DNA of 63,292 nt, filler included, from Thraustochytrium aureum (lineage: Eukaryota): the NCBI GenBank assembly GCA_012862495.1. It is 3 parts of one record of this genome, joined end to end, with 100 filler letters (N's around TTAATTAATTAA, not from the genome) between each part and the next. Parts side by side here need not be neighbours in the genome. Positions count along the whole stretch, not along the records: positions 38,086 to 63,292 come from BLSG01000335.1; 2 more parts are not named here. One strand, 5' to 3'. Each line of letters begins with the position of its first letter. The stretch's first letter is position 1. The notes under the pieces are model-generated. The model ran no database searches, was not told where the DNA came from, and worked only from the letters and a program-made list of their open reading frames with translations. Of the stretch, positions 42,844-53,727 are shown one piece after another. A program made the translations under genes and the position numbers.

Positions 42844-43998
42844 ATGGACGGATTCGAGACGGACAGCGCGTTGGAGCACAGCGAGGACAGCGCGTCGGAG
42901 CACAGCGAGGACATCGCGAGCGAGGACGGGAGCGAGGATGGCAGCGACGATGGCAGCGGCGAAAACAGCGACGATAACAGCGACGGCGACGTGCAAGTGA
43001 GCTTCGGCCCTGCCACGGGCGCCTACGAATCTCCGAGCCCCGCTGCCCCAACTCCTTTTGTTGCGCCTGCGCCCATGGTCGACCTCGAGGGATTGGATCT
43101 CAAGTATCTCTCCCACGCGGAGCGCGACGCCATCGAACGGGAGGCGTCCACACTCACGCGCAAGCAGACAACCGAACTTGCCCAGGTGGGCCTGATGGTG
43201 CTTCGAATGAAGGAGGCGCGCGCCAAAGCCAATCGGGCAGAGGCNNNNNNNNNNNNNNNNNNNNNNNNNNNNNNNNNNNNNNNNNNNNNNNNNNNNNNNN
43301 NNNNNNNNNNNNNNNNNNNNNNNNNNNNNNNNNNNNNNNNNNNNNNNNNNNNNNNNNNNNNNNNNNNNNNNNNNNNNNNNNNNNNNNNNNNNNNNNNNNN
43401 NNNNNNNNNNNNNNNNNNNNNNNNNNNNNNNNNNNNNNNNNNNNNNNNNNNNNNNNNNNNNNNNNNNNNNNNNNNNNNNNNNNNNNNNNNNNNNNNNNNN
43501 NNNNNNNNNNNNNNNNNNNNNNNNNNNNNNNNNNNNNNNNNNNNNNNNNNNNNNNNNNNNNNNNNNNNNNNNNNNNNNNNNNNNNNNNNNNNNNNNNNNN
43601 NNNNNNNNNNNNNNNNNNNNNNNNNNNNNNNNNNNNNNNNNNNNNNNNNNNNNNNNNNNNNNNNNNNNNNNNNNNNNNNNNNNNNNNNNNNNNNNNNNNN
43701 NNNNNNNNNNNNNNNNNNNNNNNNNNNNNNNNNNNNNNNNNNNNNNNNNNNNNNNNNNNNNNNNNNNNNNGCGCTCGCGCGGTTGGTTTCTTCTCCATGT
43801 CCGCGCTCGAGCTCGCGCCAAGCCCTGCGAGACAGGGAGGGAGCCCGCACCCAAATCGCGCCAGTGCACTTTCAACATCACGACGAGGCCCCGAGCCGAC
43901 TGCGGGGCGCCAACCGGGCGTTGGCCAGCTCCTCCTGCAGCTACAAGGACGTTGATTGTTCCTGTCATGTGCCCACGCCGTGCAGAGCACTCACCTAG
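42844..43998 (+). CDS. Hypothetical protein with acidic Ser/Asp/Glu N-terminus (gapped)
   Basis: MDGFETDSALEHSEDSASEHSED.. repeats, then a helical segment; interrupted by gap 43245-43770. Confidence 0.4.
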   Translation: MDGFETDSALEHSEDSASEHSEDIASEDGSEDGSDDGSGENSDDNSDGDVQVSFGPATGAYESPSPAAPTPFVAPAPMVDLEGLDLKYLSHAERDAIEREASTLTRKQTTELAQVGLMVLRMKEARAKANRAEXXXXXXXXXXXXXXXXXXXXXXXXXXXXXXXXXXXXXXXXXXXXXXXXXXXXXXXXXXXXXXXXXXXXXXXXXXXXXXXXXXXXXXXXXXXXXXXXXXXXXXXXXXXXXXXXXXXXXXXXXXXXXXXXXXXXXXXXXXXXXXXXXXXXXXXXXXXXXXXXXXXXXXXXXXXXXXXXALARLVSSPCPRSSSRQALRDREGARTQIAPVHFQHHDEAPSRLRGANRALASSSCSYKDVDCSCHVPTPCRALT

Positions 43999-44241
43999 AG
44001 TACTTACCTTCTGCAAGTCCCAGTACTCCTCGAGTATGTATCTCGATGACCATGATCTTGTGGTGGCATTTGCGATTGCGCGATGATGTCGGCATCGTGA
44101 AGACGCGCACGAGCAGACTCGCAACAGCAGCAGACGCCAGGAAGGAGAAAGGCTGCATCGCAGGGACGAGCGAGGCCGAGGAGAAAAGAGCGAGACAGCG
44201 CTTGCGGGAAAGAGCGAGGCGGCGGGCAGCGCGTGGCGAGA

Positions 44242-46329
44242 ATGGGCGAGGAGGCCGGCGGCGAGCGCAGGCCGCAAACGCAGCAACGCGTGGACGGACT
44301 CGGGGACAAGGTGACGGTGAGCTGCCCCGGCAAGGTACTGGTTGCGGGAGGGTATGCGGTGCTCGAAAGGCCCAACCTAGGGCTGGTGCTGGCGACGACG
44401 GCCAGGTTTCACACCGACCTGGAGTGGCTAGAGGCGGGCGACGGCGAAAGCGGGCACGCCACGACCTCAGCGGGTCTGGGCAGGTTGGGCTTGGTCGTGC
44501 GCAGCCCGCAATACCGGCAGAAGTTTTATCTGCACGCGAGGCACGACGAAGATGCCGGCCGGGTCGTCCTGGAGCACGCCCAAGGCGAGGAGAACAAGTA
44601 CGTCGAACAAACTGCCGCGTTCGGGCTCGCGGGCGCGGCCGCCCTCTCGCAGCGGTGGGCTCTCGCGCACGACCTAGAGCGGCTGATCAACAATGAGCAA
44701 GGTCAACTTGATCAAGCTAGCTTTGCGCACATCATGGAGGTGCTCGGCTTCCACTTTGACCTTGCCAACCGCTTCAGCGTGGGCGACGAGCAAAACGCGG
44801 CCACCGCCACCAAAACTCGCTTCGCGTCTTGGTTGCCTCAGAGCTGCTCGGCCTCGATCGTGCAACCACGCTCAAGCTCTGGGGCGAGCACTACCGCGGC
44901 GTGCTGGCAGAGCCAGAAGGCGACGGCCACGGCAACCTGCGCAACTATCTGCGTGGCGCTGAGGCCTTCATCGACGGTGGTGCCGAGGCGGCCGTGCGGC
45001 ACATGTCGGCCGGCGCAAAGACCCTCGCAGCTCGACGCAGGACGGCGCATGGCGCGAAATCCGTCGACTCGGAGGGCTCGTCGTGGGGCTCGCTGTTGGC
45101 GGCCCACAACGGTGATATCCTGCACATCACGCTCCGGGCGGACAACGACTTTTATTCGCAACAAGCGCACCTAGACGCGCGCGGCCTCCCGTACACCAAC
45201 GAGTCCCTCCAAGCCCTTGACCCGTTTTTGCCGTGCTGCAATGACAAGGGCGAGGCGGAGATTTCCAAGACGGGTCTCGGATCCTCGGCAGCCATGGTTT
45301 CCAGCATCGTCGCTGGGCTTGCCAAGAGGCAGCACCAGAAGTCGACGTCACCCCGGGCGTGCTGTCATTTGTGCACGGCGTGGCGCAGCTGGCCCACGGG
45401 GTCATCCAAGGCAAGATCGGGTCTGGGTTTGACGTTTGCGCCGCAGTTCACGGGAGCATGACGTATGTGCGGTACGACCCAGAGGTTTTGGCCGAGGCCA
45501 TGGCACAGACGCTCGCGACCGGAAATGAACAGCCCGGCACCAAACGATCCGTCGTGACCCCGCCAAGTGCCCTCCTCAGCCAAGCCGTGAGCAGCCTCAA
45601 CCACAAGGTGACCCCTTTCCAGCTGCCGCCGAGGCTGGAGCTCATGTGCGGCGACGTGCGAGGCGGCTCTGAAACACCGTCCATGTCGCGCAAGATCCTT
45701 GCCTGGCGCGCAAANNNNNNNNNNNNNNNNNNNNNNNNNNNNNNNNNNNNNNNNNNNNNNNNNNNNNNNNNNNNNNNNNNNNNNNNNNNNNNNNNNNNNN
45801 NNNNNNNNNNNNNNNNNNNNNNNNNNNNNNNNNNNNNNNNNNNNNNNNNNNNNNNNNNNNNNNNNNNNNNNNNNNNNNNNNNNNNNNNNNNNNNNNNNNN
45901 NNNNNNNNNNNNNNNNNNNNNNNNNNNNNNNNNNNNNNNNNNNNNNNNNNNNGACGCCTGGCCACCAAAAGCGGCTGGCAAAATCTCGAGGCCAAAGGTG
46001 GGCCAACGCCTCTCGCGCTCCTCGATCTTCGGGCCGTCTTCTTCAACGTGCGCCGACTGTTTCGCGAGATTGGTCGCCTCGCTGACGTGCCGGTGGAGCC
46101 GCCGTGCCAGACGGAGCTTTGCGACGCGACGATGGCGCAGCCCGGCGTCGTTCTCTGTGGTGTCCCTGGCGCGGGCGGGTTTGACGCGGTCTTCGCCGTT
46201 GTTGTGGATGTCGCTCGCGACCTCGTTGCTCGGGCGTGGGCTGCAAGGGAAGGCGACGCACGCGTCTGCGCGCTTTTACTGTCGGAGTCGCGCGAGCATC
46301 CGGGCGTTGTGTTCCAGCGGTCTCCTTGA
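44242..46329 (+). CDS. ERG8: Phosphomevalonate kinase (ERG8/GHMP type) with inserted HopJ-like domain; gapped, frameshifted
   Basis: SCPGKVLVAGGYAVLE, VRSPQY, ENKYVE, ITLRADNDFYSQ, SKTGLGSSAA, QGKIGSGFDVCAAVHGS, GGSETPSM, VPVEP..QTELCD, GVPGAGGFDA. Frameshifts at ~44810 and ~45330. Confidence 0.93.
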
Positions 46330-48169
46330 ATATATCGCGAGCGACCCGGCTGCAAGTCGGCCTTAGTGGGCGAAGCGGGATCGAGGAGCGTGTTTCCGCA
46401 CAATGCCTGAGTAGGGCGTGCGCAGAGATGGGTCGCGTGTCGGCATCACTTCCGCCGGGGGCCCTCCGTGGGGCAAACGTGCTGTAGTTGTCGAGCAACG
46501 CCAAACCTCGCTCGCACGTCGCCTGGCACCGGGCGGACGACCATTACATTTACAACGTCGTCGGGCTTCGACGTTGTGCAGTTACGACGCTTGATTCGCC
46601 CCAGATCGTTCAATTTTCGTCCGTCAGCTGGGAGCCACACCGTTTCTATGACAGCCGCATCCAGGAACTGCAATTGTCTCGTCGAGATATGTCCGTTACA
46701 GGCTATTCTGCCTTGCTCCTTCTCGCCACCGTCTTGCAGCGATTGCTGCCGCCGTTACTGTTGCTGCTGCCCTTGGCGGCTTCCCACGGTGCCCGCACTC
46801 GCGCGGGCGCATCTGTCTCCTTCGCGGCTCCCCGGCACGACGCGGGCATGCCAAGCTGTCTTCTTGCCCGCCCACTCCGACTTCTTGACTGTAACGTCCC
46901 ACGCGAGGCGCGAACGGCGTGGCGTGCCTACACCTCGTTGCCTTCTGAGTCGGCCGGCATCGGGGCGCTGCGGTGTCGAGGCGGGACGTTTCCAGGCACA
47001 TCATCGCATTGTTTTCTGTAAATTTTAAACATTGATGACGGGAAACGTCAGTTACGGAATGACAAAAGGCCGCGCTTGTCTTAAGAGTCGCGCCGTGTGT
47101 CCTCTGCTGGCCAAAAAGAACAGGACAGACGGCTGGCTGGCTGCCTGCAGGTGGTCGCGGAGCGCTTGGCGCGGCGGCGCACGTGTGAGATTGGCTCTCG
47201 ACGCCAAGGTCGAGGTGCCTGGGCAGAGGCTGTCAATCGGAAACACTTGCCACGCCACTTCGTTGCTTGCTTTCACCGCCCGGCCGCATCCACTCGCGGC
47301 TAGCGCGGCGTGGGCGCGAGCGACTCAACAGCCCCGAGCGTCCCTGCTCGCAGCCGTCCGCGCGAGCCGAGCTCGAGCAGCGCAGAGCTATCGCCGCTCT
47401 CCAGGCAGTCGAAGAACAAGAACGAATCGCTCAACGGATCAATGTGGATGTCACCTTCCGCGCCGACGAGGGGACGAAGTTTACAGCACTCTTTGCCGCG
47501 AAGAGACAGCTTGAGAATGCCCGCCTCTTGTATGTCTGCGAGGTGTCTGCGAGGCGAGCGGCTGAGGGACGCGAGATGCCTTCGCGGGCCTCTGCGAAGT
47601 GCAGAAATTGGGGTCGGAGATCGCGGCTGACAATTTGTGCTCAAAACTCGTTCGGGGCAAACGAAATCTTCGCGTGTCGCCACTTTCTGAAGACCCGGCC
47701 TTGATCGCCTGCAAGCTGTAGGCCTCGCATCGCAGAGCTAGCACTCTCTGGTTTCGCGCCCTCCATCTGCAGAGAGGGTCGGCAAGAAAGTATCGACCGG
47801 CGCGGGTTTTGTTGCCGCGGCTGCGCAGCCCAGACCTGCAAGCTGGCTACCCGCCTGACGCAGCCAGGATCAAGAGAAACATCGCAAGAAGTGCGGATAG
47901 CGTTCTTTTTGCAAGCCGCGGCAGTTTGGTTCGCGCCGGTTGGCTGGGCCTCTTGCAACAAATTCGCTTTGCGCACTCGGACAAACGGGCGCGTGGCAAG
48001 TGCCGTCCTTGCGGAGCCATTTGCTGCATCTGACGCGCAGTCCCGAATCGTGGGGCGACAAGACGCCGCATCCGCAACCAGGTCCTCGATACAGCGGCCG
48101 CAGCTCGCCACCGAGTCTTCTGTGCTGACGCAACTACTTGCAGCGCTGCAGCGGAAAGCCTGCACCAAG

Positions 48170-50686
48170 ATGCAAGCAAAGCTGTTTATAGCTCTCAGCA
48201 TTCTCGCCCAGGTCGCAGGGCGCAGCAGCGCAAGGACCTTTGGCAAGATTTGGCAGGTCCTGCCGACCCACAGGCGCCACCTGCGGCAAGATCTGCCAGA
48301 AGACCTGGCGCGCATCTCGGGCGGCCTCTCCGTCGGGCTGAACGAGGATGGGCTGGACTGGGAAGAGGACGCCAGCGGAGTCGTCATCGTGCCGCTCATC
48401 TTGCCGACGGGCGAGGAGGTCACCTTTGAGCTTGTCCGGTCTCACGTCATGCACCCGGTGCTCCAAGCAAAGTTCCCCCAAATTAGAACCTACACAGGGC
48501 ACAGTGTTGGCTTTGCGCGCGAGCTCTTGGCGGACATCGACTACAGCCCGGAGGCCGGGCTCAAGGCGTTCATTCGCGACGAGGACGACGTGTACTTTAT
48601 CGACCCCTTTCACCGCGAGTCCGGCGAATACAAGGCATACTCGAGCAGAGCCGTGCTGGAGCGGGAGCCCTGGGCCTGTAGCACGCACTCGACCGAGGCG
48701 ACTGGCAGTGGGGCTCAGCATGTGCACGACGCAGTGAGCAACGCCCACGCGGATGCAGAGGACGACACGGACGAATCAGCGCTTGGCACCGTCCAAAACG
48801 CCAAAGCCAAACGCTATCGGCTCACGATTGCCTTGGTTGCAAATGGGCACTACAGTTTGTTTCACGGAAACAAAAAGGCTTCCGTCCTCGCTGCAATGGT
48901 GACCGTCATGAACCGCGTCAACGGCATCTACAAACGCGAACTGGGCATGTTTTTCCAAATGCACGCCGACACCGATGCCCTCATCTGCACGCACCCGTGC
49001 ACCGAGCTCAGCAACACGGGGTCGATCCTGACGCAAATGCGCACTTACATCGAGAACCGGGGCGTCCCCTTCGCCTCGTACGACTTGGGCCACAGCTTTA
49101 CGACAGCAAGTGGCGGCGTGGCGTACCTGTCGTCGATGTGCTCCAGCTGGAAGGCGGGAGGCACGACGGGCCTCAGCCGGCCGCAGTCGGACGTGTTTTA
49201 CGTCGACTACGTCGCGCACGAAATCGGCCACCAGCTCGGGGCAGGCCACACCTTTACCAATTGCAACGGGTACATGGACACGACGAGATCGTCACCGGTT
49301 GAGCCTGGCTCGGGCACCACGATCATGGGCTACGCCGGCATCTGTGGCTCGACCGACGTCCAACCCAGTACGGACCCTATGTTCCACAGCAAATCGATCG
49401 AGGACATACTCAGCTATGTTAGCCGCAAGGTGGGCTTCTTTGGCTGTGGGCGCATTGAAGAAGACGGCTCAATCCCTGATGTGCAGATGTTCAGCACGTG
49501 CAAGCTCCCAGCCAATAGCTTTTTCCAGCTGGCTATGGACAAGCCCAGCGTGGGAAACTTCTACACGATCGAGCCAGTCAACGAGGCCACTTCGCGCCCT
49601 GGGTACACGGACCGCTCCATCTCTCGCTTTCGCGCATGGCAGCCAACTCGCCGGAGCTTTCGCACGTTCCCAAACATGTACTATATCATTCACGGCATGG
49701 CAGGTTCGGTCTTTGACGAAATCGTGCCTTCCAAAACGGAGACGATCACGTTTCGCGGGATGGCGCGCACGCTCTACGCACGAGACCTTCAAGACGGCGA
49801 CGACAAGGACAGCAAGGGCTACGGCGCAGTCGAATACGTGGACGCCAAGGTTGACTTTGACAAAGGGATCCAAAAACTCGAAATCACCTCCAGGGCGCTG
49901 CAACTGGTTTCCGGCAGCGAGGCGAGGATCACTTGGTCAGTTGGCGGCACCGCCAGATTGGCGCCAAAGGTGAAGATCATGATTGCCGAGCACGATCCCG
50001 CGATGAACAAGACCAAAACGTTCAACTATGCCGAGAACGTTGCCGACATGAGCTGGCGCCTGCTCGCAGAGGCTCCCAACACCGGATCGTACTCAATGAC
50101 CGTGCCTGAGTTGGGCGGCGACGAGGGCGTGCGCACGGTGCACCTCATGGTCCGCTCACCAGACGACGGCTGCTTTTTCTTCGACCTGGTGCCATTCGTC
50201 GAGTTCCACAATCAGGTCATCGCTCCAACCAGACCGCCAACCCTTTCCCCAGAGGAAGCTCTCAGCAAGCTGTGCGCTTCCAAGACGAAAAAGTCAAAGT
50301 GCCCAAAGCAGTGCACCTGGAACGCGGTCGCGAGGCGATGCGAGGCCCCGCAGAGTACGACTCCCGACGAGGACGGCTCGCCAAGCGTGTCTCCTACGGC
50401 GACCCCAACGCTTGCACCTACGCTTGCGCCCACGACGCGCATGCAGGGCTATGAGTACGAGCTGGCGTTTTGCAGCGCGTTCTCGGACCGGAAAATCTGT
50501 CTTGGTCACCGTGATTCGCGCAAAAAGCGGCGGTGCAAGTTCGACCGCAAGGCCGGCACGTGCAACACTGTTCTCAAGCGCCCACCCACGGCCGAAGAAT
50601 GCCAGGCCCAGACCAAGAAGAACAATTGCAACCGTGCCGGTTGCTCATTCGACAACAGGTCGAAGCGTTGCTCGAGGAGACCGTGA
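48170..50686 (+). CDS. Secreted M12B/reprolysin-like zinc metalloprotease with PT repeats and Cys-rich C-terminal modules
   Basis: Signal peptide MQAKLFIALSILAQVAG, propeptide LQAKFPQIRTYTG, HEIGHQLGAGH, Met-turn EPGSGTTIMGYAGIC. Confidence 0.9.
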   Translation: MQAKLFIALSILAQVAGRSSARTFGKIWQVLPTHRRHLRQDLPEDLARISGGLSVGLNEDGLDWEEDASGVVIVPLILPTGEEVTFELVRSHVMHPVLQAKFPQIRTYTGHSVGFARELLADIDYSPEAGLKAFIRDEDDVYFIDPFHRESGEYKAYSSRAVLEREPWACSTHSTEATGSGAQHVHDAVSNAHADAEDDTDESALGTVQNAKAKRYRLTIALVANGHYSLFHGNKKASVLAAMVTVMNRVNGIYKRELGMFFQMHADTDALICTHPCTELSNTGSILTQMRTYIENRGVPFASYDLGHSFTTASGGVAYLSSMCSSWKAGGTTGLSRPQSDVFYVDYVAHEIGHQLGAGHTFTNCNGYMDTTRSSPVEPGSGTTIMGYAGICGSTDVQPSTDPMFHSKSIEDILSYVSRKVGFFGCGRIEEDGSIPDVQMFSTCKLPANSFFQLAMDKPSVGNFYTIEPVNEATSRPGYTDRSISRFRAWQPTRRSFRTFPNMYYIIHGMAGSVFDEIVPSKTETITFRGMARTLYARDLQDGDDKDSKGYGAVEYVDAKVDFDKGIQKLEITSRALQLVSGSEARITWSVGGTARLAPKVKIMIAEHDPAMNKTKTFNYAENVADMSWRLLAEAPNTGSYSMTVPELGGDEGVRTVHLMVRSPDDGCFFFDLVPFVEFHNQVIAPTRPPTLSPEEALSKLCASKTKKSKCPKQCTWNAVARRCEAPQSTTPDEDGSPSVSPTATPTLAPTLAPTTRMQGYEYELAFCSAFSDRKICLGHRDSRKKRRCKFDRKAGTCNTVLKRPPTAEECQAQTKKNNCNRAGCSFDNRSKRCSRRP

Positions 50687-51294
50687 GGCTCGTCCTGCAT
50701 CCTTATTCCGTGTGCGCCGTTGGCCAGGCGCCGCTCAACTGCCTTGCCTGATCATACAACTTACTCCACAGCTCTCCAGCTCGAGCTTGTAATAGAGACC
50801 ATGTCAATACCCCAACAACAGAACGAGAACTTCGTGCAGAATCGATCCGTCGTTTGACCGCCGGCGCGCCGCCCGCATTGAGCGCGCCACGCTGGCCCAC
50901 TGTTGGTCGAAGTAGAGTACAGATAGATGTCAGGCAGACGACCTCTCCTGCGATCCGCCGCGACCGCCGCGAGCACTCGCAGCTCGCGAACCCGACGCCG
51001 AAGACCGTGGCGTTGTTCGTTTCAATCAAGACGGCTCGACGACAGCGGGTTGGTGGACCGGAGACATTTCGCGGCTCGAGTCCGACGTCCTGGCGCTGCG
51101 CAGAGCCCCAACCAACTTGGAGCAGCGAGCGCATGGCCAACTGCGCTACGGCTTGTGGACGACTGCTCGGCACGAGCCGCCCAACACGACAGTTGCCTGC
51201 CCCTTGAGGCTGTGCGGCGAAGGGCCAGGGCCCGCGAGGACGAACAGCGTACGTTTGCGCAGCGGGCGGGACAGGGAAGGCCGCGATTAAGGGC

Positions 51295-52886
51295 ATGGAC
51301 GGCCTGCGCGCGATCAAGCACGTCCGCGAGGCGGAGCTGGAACTGGAGCCGCTCGACGAGGGGCCGTTCGAGCCTGGGCTTACGTTCTACACGCCCGAGG
51401 AAGGCCCTGAGAAGCGCGCTCTGGTGTACCGTAACGAGCGAGGCCCCACAAAACAGCGGAGCCCTGACGACCGGGACGGGCCAGACCTGGAGAGCGGGGC
51501 CGACTCTTGCCCTCCGAGCTGGGCCCGGGCTGGCGCGCCGCAAGCCCTTGTGTTCGATTCGCGCTTTGAAAGTGGCAACTTGCGCGAGGCGACACGGATC
51601 GGCCCGGCCGAGTACGAGCTCAGCCTCCAAGAGGACATCAACGCAAGCGGGAAAAAATCGCCAAGTGGTTTTACTTTCAAGTGCAAGGTCTCGAGCCACG
51701 GCGCGAGTACAGATTCCACCTTCTCGGATTCTCCCGGTCAGAGTCGCTCTACGGCAAGTACGGCGGATGCCTGCCCCTGTTCTACTCCGAGGCGCGCGCA
51801 AAGAGAACAGGCCGTGGCTGGCGACGTATCGGCCGCAATGTGGACTATGGGCCCACCACGCTCAAGGAATTCACGCTGTCTTTCTCTTTCGCCGTAGATG
51901 CCGAGCAGGCCGGGGCGCCATGTTATTTCGCTCAAGCGTACCCCTACACGTACAGCGACCTCCAGGACTTTCTTCTTGGGCTCGAGCTGGACCCAGACCG
52001 TTCCTGCAGGATGAGGCGAGCAGAGCTGTGCAAGACGCTTGGCGGAAAGCGATGCGATCTCGTCACCGTGGGCGAGGGGCCTCGTGCCATTGTCCTTGTT
52101 GCGCGGGTTCACCCAAGCGAGTCTAACGCGAGTTACATGATCGAAGGCGTTCTGCAAGCCCTGACGGGGGACACGTCAGCAGCACGCGACCTTCGGGCGC
52201 TTTACACGTTTCATGTCGTGCCGATGCTCAACCCCGACGGCGTTGCCTCTGGTAGAACGCGACACTCGCTCGCGGACGTGGACCTTAATAGGGCGTACGA
52301 GTGCACCGCTGTAGAGGTGCATCCAACGATATGGCATGTCAAAACGCTCTGCGAGGGCCTTCGGAGCCGCCTCGCTGCGTTTTGCGACTTTCACGGGCAC
52401 TCAACCAAGCAGAACGTCTTCGCTTTCGCATGCGCGGGCTCGCCCAGAGGCGCTGCAACTGGGTCGCCGCTTGGCGTGCGCGGTGCTCGTGCCCCTTGTG
52501 CTCGACCGGATGCTGAAGATCATCAAGCTGGAGTGATCCAGCTTGACCCGCACTCTTTCGTGCGGGAGCTATCCGCAGCATCGCCCGTGTTCTTGGCCGA
52601 GCGCTCGTCCTTCAAGCTGCCAGCTCGTGGCTGCTCAGTGGGTCGGGCATACTTTCATCATGCATTTGGCGGCAACATAATGAGCATGACAATTGAAGGG
52701 TCCCTCGGTGGCGCCGACAGTGGCCCGCTGGAAGGCCACCACTTGAACGCCTCGCACTTCGTCCAGATGGGCCACGACTTTTGCCTCGCACTGCTCCGAG
52801 TTGCGCCGCGGGTATCGGCAACGCCTTCCCAAAACTTGGGTAAAGGCGCGGTAAGCCCTACGAACATTCGATCGCTGAGCACGTGA
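51295..52886 (+). CDS. Cytosolic carboxypeptidase (M14D, Nna1/AGBL tubulin deglutamylase family), frameshift ~51655
   Basis: FDSRFESGNL, KWFYF, YPYTYSDL, ARVHPSESNAS, PMLNPDGV, DLNR, DFHGHS, TIEGS. Confidence 0.92.
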
Positions 52887-53727
52887 CCGGCGCACCATGT
52901 AAAAGACGACCCGGATCGATGCTTGCTCGCCAGCAGCGCCTCGTCCCGCGCCTCGACCTTAAAAGTTTTAGGAGAGATCCGTTACGCAACTTTTTTCTCC
53001 GCTCATCTGCGGCCTGACGCGGAGACATCGCGCGGCATCGGCGAGGCTGCATGACCGAGCCGCGAGCCGCGCCGCTCTACCGCACCATGGCGCTTAGCTA
53101 CATAATGGTACAGTGCTCTGCATGCCAAGATACGGGTTCGCTGCGCAGCCAGCACAGAGAGCAAGCGCTCTTTCCTACGCACGGCCTTGGGCCGATTTTC
53201 TTGACTTGTCGCGCGTTCCAGGGCATGGTCGATCTTGAACACGCTTTTCAGAGTAAGTAGCAGGAAAAAAGTTGGGGCCGGCCCTCCGCCTCGTTGCGCA
53301 GTTTCCAGCAAAGTTCGCTCCTGGGTTTCTCAGGTCTGCAATCCAGTGATGATTCCAAGCCAAACAAACTACCGCGCCGTCCCTGAGCGCGACGGAAAAG
53401 GCGGCTCTTCCGCGGCTGCGCCTGTTACAATAATGAAGAAATGGCGCGGGCTGGAAGGTGTAGAGCTAGTTGAGACCGCTGGGACGCGGAGCCACGCCCG
53501 CTCCTTGGTCGCAGGCGCTGACGAGCCCACATGCCGTACATTTTGGACCCCAAGCACAAGCCAAGCAGGGAAGCTCGGCAAACGCAGCTCCAAAACCGCA
53601 ACACAGGCCTCAGTCCCGAGCCCGAGACGAGCCAGAAGAGCATCGCCAACCATCTATCTACCAAGCCGGCACAGGCGCAACGTGAGCGTCTCTATCAGCA
53701 GCCAGCATAACCAGAGGCTCGAGGAGG

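Noticed and set aside
46400..47750. Protein-like fragments between ERG8 and the first protease
   Set aside because: Could not assemble a consistent frame or family; may be frameshifted genes.
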